Assembly (NCBI RefSeq): GCF_036365525.1
Contig: NC_090385.1
Coordinates: forward strand, 18,705,803-18,769,802
Direction: 5' to 3'
DNA length: 64,000 bases
Source: Heterodontus francisci
Lineage: Eukaryota
The position numbers and the translations under genes were made by a program. This document shows, one piece after another, positions 36,501 to 46,321 of the stretch. The notes beneath the pieces were generated by a model. The model made no database searches. It was not told the origin of the DNA and saw only the letters and a program-made list of their open reading frames with translations. How positions within the stretch are numbered: the stretch's first letter is position 1; each line of letters starts with the position of its first letter.

Positions 36501-39500
36501 CAAATGAAAAAAAAAACTACCAATTCTAAACTAAACATAACCAAGATTCAAAAAGAAAACTTAAGACAAGGTTCTGATTAACCTGCTCCTTTCCTGGGGG
36601 GAAAAAAAAACAACTATCTTCTAATTTTCCTTCCCAGAAGTTTGTGACAAAAACTTCTCTGTCAATGGGGCACAACAAACAGTGCAGTTCAGGAACTACA
36701 CTCCAATTCCTATCTCTGCGGGAGATCACAGTGTGCTCCTTCTGCACCTATCCAAATAGCAGAAGGTTGAGTGTGCATCCTAAGGTACTACACATTGTTG
36801 CTTCACCATTCTACCTTCAATATCAGTTTGATTGTTTTTTAAAAAAGCATAATAATTACAATCCAAAATATCAGTTTAAAAAAAAAGAAAACAGCTAAAT
36901 TCTAATATTTTTGGTTGATAACTCTTTCAGTAGTACTTTTGTACACTATATACCTTTTCTTGGGTTAATTTATTTGGACAGTTTTTTTAGTTAGCGATAA
37001 CTGGCTTGTCCGAATTTAGCTGATCTTGGTTTAGGGCACTAACAATTGGCTTCAGTGCCTCTGGATTAGGCATAGTAACTATAACATAGAATAGTAATAT
37101 ATAAAGACCAGAATCCCAACAACTGGCACTTGGGCGTTCCCGAACACAAAACAAATATGGCAACTCTTTTCATGCAGCTTCCTTTAGCAGGGAGGGCAGC
37201 CCAGCCAATAGACTTCTCTCCAGCAATATTGGTCCCGGAACAGCTACACGAATCCCTGTGTTATACTAGGAGACCTGTAAGGCCCATCTTGCATTAAGAG
37301 TGCTGTTATTACAAGGTATACTGTCAAGTCATCTAACTAAAGAAAACAAAACTCATGACAACTTAACATTGGCATGTTAAAATGTCACAGTGCTCTGGGA
37401 CTTGAACCTGCAACATCAGCATTAACAAAGTAAGAGAACATCCTAAATCAGTTAAAGAAATTGATTACGCTGCAGATTAAAACAGCAAAACATGAGAGAT
37501 TAACTAAAATTATAGCATTTTTAAACATTTTACTGGAACCGATGTATCCTTCAGTCATCGTAGCCCATGACATGAATTGTTCTGTAGCTGTTTCCACATC
37601 TAAAACATCAGCATTTCCTTGAGCTACTTTTAATTCCGTTAGTTTAATAAAAAGGACTTGAGTGATAGATTGAAAGAACAGGCAGGATTTCGAAGCCAGC
37701 TTTTAACCCAGCAAGGTTGCCAAATTTAGCCAAGCTGCTTGATATAGCCCTCCATCCAGTTCAGGGTCGAATTTTGCCCAGTTGGTGAAACAGTCAGTGT
37801 TTGCTATCATTACCTTATGAAACTGACTGGAACTTCTAGTGTCTGCAAATGTACATTTAAACTTGGAAATCTAGAAATGATAGTCAGTAATTCCTTGATC
37901 CTTCACAGGCAGCACTATTGAAGTCCCCACAAGCAGCAATCTTTAGAAATCAAGGAACTGATGGGAACATCCCCTTTTATGCTGTATATCACTGTTAAAA
38001 AGCCCCCAAAAAGTTACACCTTGTTAATGAGGTGTAAACTAGGTTTTTAAACAGTGTACTAAATCCTAACTACTGCTGAAGAACCTCAGGCCCTGAAAAA
38101 CTAATTTCATGTTTGTGTAATGTCATTTTCCCATTATGATAAAAAATTTCATAGTTTAATAAAGTAAAAATTTATAACTTTCTTTTACATTTCTTTGAAA
38201 TCTTTATTTCGTACTTTAAAATTTATATAAAAATGAAAGTGAAGGATAATCAGTGCAGTTTATTTCCTGGTTTGCCATCTGTGAGAATACTTTAATTTGT
38301 GCTTACTCTGCTTGATGCCATCCCAGTTCCTCTCCCTGACTGGCTCCAGATTCAAATTAGGAGAAGGTGAAATCCACACCACAGAGATCGCTGGACCTTT
38401 GTGGACAGCTTTCTTTGAGGTCAGCAGCAAGCGTCATCACTTCGCTGCTGACTGCAATGTCTGGACTTTCACTAAACACATTTCCTTATGAGGTGACAGA
38501 ACAATAGTGATAAATAAATGAGTAGCTTACATTCTGCCCATCTAGCTGAAGGTCACGAAAGCAGAAAAAAGGTACAGGACGAGACATTAACAGTTTATAA
38601 TGAAATGTTTACATTGTAAAAAAAATAATATAGGTACTCCATACCATCACTAAAATGTATATGATCCATACCATCTTCAATAGTTCCCACTTTTCCATCT
38701 TTTTTCTTGCTCTTCTTTTTTGGAATTTTCTGAAAAGGGGCAAATTCTACAATAGCAGGGTACTCCTGACCTATTGGTAAGAAGAGAGACAAGCATAGGG
38801 GAAAACAAATAAAGGGATTCTTATCAATTAAAAAAGGATCAAACTAAAACTTACCTTCAGCAAAATATGTTTCTGTCATCTTAAATGCATAAACAAATAG
38901 GGCAAACAAAGTGAACATTTTCTTTTTAGATCTATTAGACAGACTATGCAGTAATTTTAACCAGTAAGTTAAAATACATTGTAAAATTAAGGTAAGAGTA
39001 TATGGTGCCCACTCAGTGTTGTTTTTACCAAGTGAAGTAATACTCACTAACATCTGCATCGCAGGAACTAAGTTTCTTTCACATGTGAAATAAATCCAGT
39101 TACAGAATGCTAACAGTAAAACATCTTTTATGGTTTCAAATCACACTTAAAGGGTTCCTTTTAAAAAATTAGAATCAATTAGGTGACTGTCAGGATAGCA
39201 GTCTAATTGGTGTGCAACTCCATCCTCTGAGGTGTTCCACATCTACTGATGGAAGTAAAAAGCAACAAAATAAAGTTGGACTGATCAGGACACATAACTG
39301 AAAAATTTAAACAGTTTTATTTAACATTTCCTCGCAACAGTTGTTCACAATTGCAACATGCAGAGCACCAATTTTTTAAAATAAAACGTATCTTGATCTT
39401 TAAGGCATTCACACAAGGAGAAACTTTTCATTCTAATAGGATGCTTTAAAAGCACATTAAAATGGGCTTTTAGTGATCACAGCAGTAATCATTACTAAAT

Positions 39501-42500
39501 TATACTACTGGGGAAATCTCAACATCAATATTTCCTTTAAGCAATAAAAATATTAAAAAGGAATCATTCAACATTCTCTCCCATCCATTTTGTTTGATTT
39601 TGTTAAATAATGAGAAATATTAATAATGTTTCTAGGTCTGTGAAGTTTGCGAATGAGCTTCTAATGGAGTTTCTTTCTACATCCCCATTACATCGGTGTT
39701 GTTGAAAGTTTTTAAAAAAAAAGGCAATGCCCAGAATAGATAGACACACACAATTCCTTACATTTCTGAAAATGCACGTATGAAGGCAAAGGACTTAATA
39801 GATGCCAATTGAAGAAAGCAAAATGAAAAGATGTTAGCACGCACAGACATAGAGAGTTAAAAATACCATACCTTTGCTATCAATGAAAACATAGCCATCA
39901 AATTGATCCCTGAAGAGGACAATGTCCTCTTGGTTTTTAAAGTTGATGTATGCTCTAGAAAATATGTGGGGAAACAAGCTGTAGGAAAAATAAGAGATAT
40001 AACATAAGAAACAACTTGAAAAGGTGCAATTAACCTACATTATTTTGGGGAATACTGCACATTACAAAATTTGCAGTCTTTATTTATGGTTTCGGCAACA
40101 TGTAAAACAGAAAACTTCCCTCATTACAGCCAGATCATGTTTTATACATTTATTATGGATTAGAAATTGAACTCCGACCCAATATAAAAAACACAAACTG
40201 AAACATAATTTTAGGGTTCAACTCAAAAGGCTGAAATTTATTGATTGAAATTGCTGCTGTTGCAATAGTTCAAAAAATGAAAACGCTACAGTTGGAATTT
40301 CCCCAACAGGTCAGCCGAGCTGACTCATACTACATCTCCATGAAATAAAGAATACTTACAAAAATTCCACTTGTGAACACTCGCTCTCATTTCATAAAGA
40401 TTAAATCCAAAAATGGCTGCCCACAAATCAGATTAATTATAGTCACAAAGTACTAACTATAATTAAGTTCAGAGCGCTATTGCAAACAAATGGTTCAGAA
40501 GTGCTGCCCATTGGGACTGTCAAAATAAGTAAAAGCAAAATGCTGGAAATCTGAAATAAAAACAAGAAATGCTGGAACCACTCAGCAGGTCTGGCAGCAT
40601 CTGTGGAAAGAGAAGCAGAGTTAACGTTTCGGGTCAGTGACCTTTCTTCGGAACTGGTTGTTCTCAGTCAGCAGTAGGTTCAACAATCAGCTGGACACAT
40701 TGTCCACGCTCATCACGGTGCTACACCTTTTTTGAGCAAAGTAGGACTCTGAAAACAAATTAGTTTGTTTATTTGAGACTGCAGTTAGGTTGCTCTATTG
40801 GTCTGAGACCAGTAGCTGAAGACCGAAGTGCAGCCAGCAGTGCCTAAGCGAGATAATCTGTGTTTACGTACTTACACAGAGCCAAGTTCCTCAGGACTAA
40901 TTTTAAATGTTAGGATGGCTGGAAGCAGCCTCTTATTAAAGAGAGCACAGGTCATACAAGACAGCAACGTGAAGGCTTTTTTCTTTCCACAGAAAGACTA
41001 GGATCTGACTTCAGAGTCACACAGCCAGTTTTGTTAGTTGTGTATCCTAAATTGTTCTGCAGCCCATCAGGCTTACAATCAATTTGATCAGAAAACAGTT
41101 TCAGTACATAGGTGAAAATTAAACTCTAGGGTCTCTCAGTGGGGTTCTAAGATTTCATCAACTGACAACACCATGAATATAGCACCACAATATTTATTTA
41201 GAGATACAGCAATGAAACAGGCCCTTCGGCCCACCAAGTCTGTGCCGACCAACAACCACCCATTTATACTAACCCTGCAGTTATCCCTTATTCCCTATCA
41301 CCTACCGACACTAGGGGCAATTTACAATGGCCAATTTACCTATCACCTGCAAGTCTTTGGCTGTGGGAGGAAACCGGAGCACCTGGGGAAAACCCACGCA
41401 GACACAGGGAGAACTTGCAAACTCCACACAGGCAGTACCCAGAATCGAACACGGGTCCCTGGAGCTGTGAGGCTGCGGTGCTAACAACTGTGCCACTTGA
41501 CCCTTACCACAGGAGGTTGAAGCCATCAGTTAAGCCATCAATTATGCATTTAAGGGAAACAAGGGGCACCCCCTCTGATTTTTAAGGTAGTTTGATTATG
41601 TGGCCCTTGTGATTTTAAAAAAGGTGTTCGACAATTCTGCTGTTACAGTAACTTCTTACCTTGAATTGGTAGAAAAAAACTCAAAGTAATCATGTTCAGG
41701 CAACGGGGCAAGTTGCTCTTCTAATTGTTCTTTTGTCAGACTGGGAGGTAAACGACGGATCACCACCTAATGGGTCAAGATCAGCTACTTTAAAAAAATA
41801 TATACAATGCACTTTTATCAGAACAATTTTAAAAATCATTCTAGTTTCAGAACAGATGGCTCAGATTAGGTATCCAGTATAGTACATAATCTGTGAACAT
41901 CCAAATTACAGAACAAGTGCAAACATCCAATTGATATAAGTTTTGCAACAGATATAACAGTTCTATCAGGCTCTTGTGGTTGTTGTCATATAAAAGTGCA
42001 TTTCTCACATGAATCACTTACAACAATAAGTTAAGCATTCATTAGAATTATGGGCACTGGAAAACAAATAGTTAAGAAAGCAGGAACTTCCAGAAAACAA
42101 TCCAAGCCCAGCTGCCTTGGAGTTGTACATTCAGAGTGACAGCATCATAGCTTTAGTCCTGAGATACAATTTACAAAGCTGAACATGGGACCATTACTGT
42201 CATCTGTGGCTCAGTTGGTAGCACTCTCACCTCTAAGGGACAAGGTTCCCAGTTCAAGTCCCACTCCCAGGCTTGAGCACAAAAATCTACAGACAGTCCA
42301 GTGCAGCACTGAGAAAGTGCTGCACTGGCAGAGGTGCTGTCTTTCAAATGAGATGTGAAACCAAGGTCCCACCTTCTCACTTGGGCAGATGTAAAATACC
42401 CCATGGCACTATTTCAAATAAGAGCAGGGGAGTTGTGCTGGCCAATATTTATCTCTCAATTAACATCACAAAAAATGATCTGGTCACTATCACATTGCTG

Positions 42501-42804
42501 TTTGTAGGAGCTTCCTGTGCACATACTGGCTGCTGCATTACAACAGTGACTACATTTCAAAAAGTACTTCATTGGCTGTAAAGCACTTTGCGACATCTGG
42601 TGGTCGTGAAAGGCGCTATATAAATGCAAGCCTTTTTTTAAGCAACAGCAACATTGCCTCCTGAACCTGACTCAGGCCTGTTGCGCCACAAACCTTGGTC
42701 AAGGCCTCTTTCTTCTCCTTCTTCTCGGGTCGCTCTGCCCTCTCCTCATATTTAATCTCCACTTTCTGCTCCCTGGGTTTAGTATTCTCCTTGTCTTCCT
42801 TCAT
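27400..42804 (-). CDS. UPF3B: Regulator of nonsense transcripts 3B, complete spliced CDS (10 exons, 1392 nt, 463 aa)
   Basis: complement(join(27400..27567,28711..29005,30738..30892,30967..31158,31294..31337,36369..36482,38672..38770,39872..39978,41660..41766,42694..42804)). All introns are GT-AG and phases are consistent. RRM-like domain plus EJC-binding motif RIRNKDRPTMQLYQPG, which carries the B-type Arg (human UPF3A reads RLANKDRP). Confidence 0.95.
27699..28045 (+). mobile_element. HE1/V-SINE, near full length
   Basis: tRNA head gtggcgcagtggttagcac...ggttcaattc, V-domain ctgtgtggagtttgca...ccggtttcctcccac, and CR1-like tail. Confidence 0.9.
28711..29005 (-). CDS. UPF3B: UPF3B coding exon 9
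   Basis: acag|(K)IEDDGGRDYRE...KKERIRNK|gtactg; 295 nt. Confidence 0.92.
29590..29985 (+). mobile_element. Deu-domain SINE
   Basis: Collinear with 42200-42630. Confidence 0.8.
30738..30892 (-). CDS. UPF3B: UPF3B coding exon 8
   Basis: ttatag|LLKKTDKGDD...KEDKGK|gtgagt; 155 nt. Confidence 0.9.
30967..31158 (-). CDS. UPF3B: UPF3B coding exon 7
   Basis: accag|RIREEKREERRRRE...DEPKIK|gtacac; 192 nt. Confidence 0.92.
31294..31337 (-). CDS. UPF3B: UPF3B coding exon 6
   Basis: aacag|(A)KKTTPLLDYVKNKQ|gtaatg; 44 nt. Confidence 0.92.
31445..31700 (+). mobile_element. CR1 3' end fragment
   Basis: FTQRVVRIWNLLP motif and CR1 3' UTR. Confidence 0.75.
32415..35300 (-). mobile_element. CR1 LINE, near-complete frameshifted ORF2
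   Basis: [57 protein letters not shown]. Confidence 0.93.
35430..36165 (-). mobile_element. CR1 3' fragment
   Basis: Similar to 46322-47030 and 57985-58680. Confidence 0.85.
36369..36482 (-). CDS. UPF3B: UPF3B coding exon 5
   Basis: ctcag|(D)PEYKKFLESY...PETLLEEIEAKTKELA|gtaaat; 114 nt. Confidence 0.93.
37765..38468 (+). repeat. Old MITE-like repeat related to 15390-16022
   Basis: Collinear similarity blocks; begins gggtcgaattttgc. Confidence 0.45.
38672..38770 (-). CDS. UPF3B: UPF3B coding exon 4
   Basis: aatag|(G)QEYPAIVEFAPFQKIPKKKSKKKDGKVGTIED|gtatgg; 99 nt. Confidence 0.94.
39872..39978 (-). CDS. UPF3B: UPF3B coding exon 3
   Basis: tacag|LFPHIFSRAYINFKNQEDIVLFRDQFDGYVFIDSK|gtatgg; 107 nt. 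Confidence 0.94.
40527..40657 (-). mobile_element. Penelope terminal repeat with hammerhead-like motif in UPF3B intron 2
   Basis: Matches the joined halves of 10510-10931; minus strand 40655-40619 reads AGTT-CCGAAGA-AAGGTC-ACT-GACCC-GAAA-CGTT-AACT. Confidence 0.78.
41193..41497 (-). mobile_element. HE1/V-SINE
   Basis: Reverse complement of 27699-28040. Confidence 0.88.
41660..41766 (-). CDS. UPF3B: UPF3B coding exon 2
   Basis: attag|VVIRRLPPSLTKEQLEEQLAPLPEHDYFEFFSTNS|gtaaga; 107 nt. Confidence 0.94.
42200..42630 (+). mobile_element. Deu-domain SINE (SacSINE1-like), full length
   Basis: tRNA head gtggctcagttggtagcact...gttcaagtccc, Deu core gtgctgtctttc..atgaga..aaacc...atggcactattt, and L2-type tail gtgaaaggcgctatataaatgcaag. 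Confidence 0.85.
42694..42804 (-). CDS. UPF3B: UPF3B coding exon 1
   Basis: MKEDKENTKPREQK...KKEKKEALTK|gtttgt; 111 nt. Confidence 0.9.
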
Positions 42805-43142
42805 ATTTAATGACGCACCCTGCACAGGCCTCCCAGTGACTCACTCCAACTTCAGCTGAAGCCTGGCCTTTTGCTCCCTGTCACGTCACTCATACCCGCC
42901 TCCTTTCCTGATTGGTGGACGCGTGTGGTGAGGGTGGGATCAACGTTGGCAAGTTGCCGCGAGATTTGAAGCTGCCGGTGTCCCCGTCCCTCCACCCCGG
43001 GCGAGTTCCCGCGAGGTTTCCAGCGCAGCACTCACGTGGGGCGGAGAATGGGGGTCAGAGGTCACCAGGGGGAGTAGGCGGAGCCGTTCCCGCGCATGTT
43101 TATTGCGTGCCGGGAAGGTCAGTCGGACGGAGGAGGTTGAGG
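42805..43142. promoter_or_regulatory. Bidirectional CpG-rich promoter and 5' UTRs of UPF3B and NDUFA1
   Basis: 338 bp between divergent ATGs; CRE-like TCACGTCA (~42881), inverted CCAAT (42911), E2F-like TTCCCGCG (twice), E-box CACGTG (~43033) and GC boxes. Confidence 0.8.
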
Positions 43143-43244
43143 ATGTGGTTTGAAATTTTGCCAGGGCTTTGTATCATGGCCGGCTGTCTGACGGTACCCG
43201 GACTCGCCACTCTTTACGTGCATAGGTGGACGAATGGTGGCAAG
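43143..43244 (+). CDS. NDUFA1: NADH:ubiquinone oxidoreductase subunit A1 (MWFE), coding exon 1; later exons not found in the window
   Basis: [34 protein letters not shown]|gtaggt; 102 nt. Confidence 0.95.
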
Positions 43245-43332
43245 GTAGGTCGGTCCGGAGTCGTGTTGTCGGCCCTTTAGGTGGAGTGCGGTTGCTTGGA
43301 CGGTGGGTGTCGCGATGTCACCTCGCCGGCTC

Positions 43333-43880
43333 AACTGCATTTATATAGCGCCTTTCACAACCACAGAGCCTCCCAGAGTCTTACGCAGCCACTGTCGGAG
43401 CGGAGTCACTGCTGCAATGTAGGAAATTGCGCACGGCAAGGTCCCACAAACAAATCAGCTGGTGTTGGTTGAATAACAATTTGAATTTGTATAGCGCCTT
43501 TAACACAATAAAACGTCCTAAGTCGCTTCACAGGAATGTTGTTGAGGGATGAGTATTGACACCAGGAGAGACTGAACACCCCCAGCCAACCCCTTTCTTT
43601 GAAATAGTGCCCTGGGATTTTTATATCTATCCTTGTGGTTTAATAGAGGCTTTCAAAAGGGAATTAAACTGTTATCTGAAAAGGAAGAATGTGCAGGGTT
43701 AGTGTGGAATGGTATTAGTTGAATTTCACATTTGGATTCCTGGTGTGGATGGAGTGGGCCAAAAGGCCTCCTTCTGCAGTGTAACAATTCTGTGATTCTG
43801 AGGGTAAACACTGCTTCGTTTAGAGTGTCACCTGAAAGTCAGCACCTCCGACACACTGCAGCACTCCCTTGGTATGGCCA
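43333..43880 (-). mobile_element. Fragmented Deu-SINE / L2-tail copies with a small CR1 tail inserted
   Basis: tgcatttatatagcgcctttcac tail, then gttgagggat..tattg, gaaatagtgcc and gaaagtcagcacctccgac blocks. Confidence 0.65.
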
Positions 43881-44051
43881 TCATGGAGTCACAGTTGGCA
43901 CCATTGCCTCAGTACCTGTGGAAAGTAAACCAGGATTCCTGTTTGTGATGGCTATCCAGTGACTTCAGTTATCAGTCTGGGTGTCATTTGAGGACAGGAT
44001 AGGTTTCATTGTGGAATAGCCTTCCTGCACAGTTTGTGCCTGCATGTGGAT

Positions 44052-46321
44052 CAACAGCAGCACCTTGTATTTATCTAGTGCCTTTAATGTAGTAAAATGT
44101 CCTAAGGTGCTCCATAGGAGTGTGATCCAACAAAATTTGGCACTGAGCCGCATCAGGAGTCATTAGGGCACCTAACCAAAAGCTTTGCTAAAGAGGTAGG
44201 CTTTAAGGAGTGTCTTAAAAGATGAAAGACAAGTAAGAGGTAGAGGGGATTAGAGAGGGAATTCCAGAGCTTAGGGTCTAGGCAACTGAAGGCACAGCCA
44301 TCAGTAATGAAGTTATTAAAATCAGGATGTTCAAGGCTGGAATTATATAATTGGAAGGTTATGGGGCTGGAGGAGATTACAGAGCTCGGGAGAGGTGAGT
44401 CCATGGAGGAATTTGAAAACAAGGATGAGAATTTTAAAATCAAGACATTGTTTGACCGGGAGCCAATGGAGGTCAGCGTGCACAGGGGTGATGGGTAAAC
44501 GGGACTTGGTGCGTGATGGGACGTGTGCAGGAGAGTTTTGGAAAGTCATTAAGTTTACAGAGGGTAGATTGTGGGAGACCAGCCAGGACTGTGTTGGAAC
44601 AGAGGCAACAAAGGCACGAATGAGGGTTTCAGCAGCAGATGAGCTGAGGCAGGGGTGAAGTCGGGCAATGTTACAGAGGTGGAAATAGGCAGACTATGTG
44701 CTCAGCAGCTCATCTTGTGGTCAAATATGACTCCAAGGTTGCAAACAGTCTGGTTTAGTCTCAAACAGTTGCCAGTGAGAGGGATGGAGTCTGTAGTTAG
44801 GGATTGGAATTTGGAGCAGGGACTGAAAACAATGGTTTCCATCTTCCCAATACTTAATTGGAGGAAATTTCTGTTTGTCCAGTACTGGATGTTGGATAAG
44901 CAGTCTGATAATTTAGCAAGAGTGGAGGAGTCAAGAGAGGTGGTGTTGAGGCAGAGCGGGGTATCATCATTGTACATGTGAAATTTAACCCTGTGTTTTC
45001 AGATGATGCTGAAGGGTAGCATGTAGATGAGAGATAGGAGGGGGCCAAGGATAGATCCCGGGGGGACACCAGACATAATTGAGAGGGAAATAAATCCATT
45101 GCAAGTGATACTCTGGCTATGATTAGATAGATAAGAATGGAACCAGGCAAAAGCAGTCCCAGCCTGACGGGGAGGCTTGGAGGAGTATGATGTGGTCAAC
45201 TATGTCAGAAGCTGCAGACAGGTCGAGAAGGACTGGTGGGATAGTTTACCATAGGATTTCATTTGTGACGGATAAGAGCCGTTTCAGTACTGTGGTGGGG
45301 TGGATAACTGATTGGAGGGATTCAAACATGGAAAGATGGACATGAATTTGGGAGCCACAACACATACAAGGACTTTGGAGAGGAAAGGGAGGTAGGAAAT
45401 GGGGCAGTAGTTTGCAAGGATGGTGGGATCAAGGGTTGTTTTTTTGAGAAGAGAGGAACAGCATCTGAATAGAGAGCCATAATAATATTGGCTAGCATGG
45501 GGACCAAGAGGGGAGCTTGGGTGATCTGTAGTTTAGCAGGAATAAGGTCGAGGGAGCAGGAGTTCGGTCTCTTGGATGAGATGAGCTCGAAGAGGGCATG
45601 AGGAGAGAAATTAGAAATGAGTTCAGGGCTCGAGCAGGTGGGAGCTTTAGAGGAAGCTTGACCCGGTGGGTTGGGGAAGGGAGGGATGCGGCAGAGGCAG
45701 CTGATCAGATGGTCTCGATCTTAGTGACAAAGATGTCAATGAGCTCCTTGCTCATTGTTGGAGGTAAGTGTGGTGAAGACAGGGGAGGGAGGGGTTTAAA
45801 AAGATTTGCAGTAAAGAAGTTGAGGGTTATCTTTGTATTCCAGGATGATCCTGGAATTGTGAGCAGTTTTAGCAAACAAGTGTAGGACCCAATAATGTTT
45901 TATGTTCTCCAGCCAGATTCGGTGCTGGATGGCTAAACCAGTTGTCAGCCATATCTATTTAAGTCTGCGTCCCTTGGACTTAAGGGAGCGGAGATGAAGG
46001 CCGTACCAGGGGAACGGCCAGGATGAGAGAAAGTAATGGTTTTATTAGAGACTGGGGGGATCAAAGGTGGAGATGAGGGTATGGTTGAGCAAATTAATAG
46101 CTGCAGAAATGTTGTGGCAAATGAGGGCCAAAGGCTAGGTAGTTGGGATTTTGAAAGTGCAGGTGTAAGTGAATTGGCAGATAGTTTTTCCTGTGGCGGA
46201 TACGGAAGGAGGTGGGGTTGGAGCGTGGAAGGGGGATGTGAGTGGAGAGTTATACAAGGAAGTGATCAGAGATGGCCTTATCTGTGATTGATATGATAGG
46301 ACGAGCAAGACCACGTGAGAT
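44052..46321 (-). mobile_element. L2-clade LINE, 3' part (split by a CR1)
   Basis: GVPPGSILGPLL, YNDDTPL, CNLGVIFD, LHWLPVKQCLDFKIL. Confidence 0.9.

Noticed and set aside
42805-42825. N-terminal extension MQGASLN of UPF3B
   Set aside because: It starts at a non-ATG codon; the ATG at 42804 matches the known MKE.KE start.
42912-43280. 122-aa ORF as full NDUFA1
   Set aside because: Non-ATG start in the promoter and read-through of the donor; only 43143-43244 is coding.
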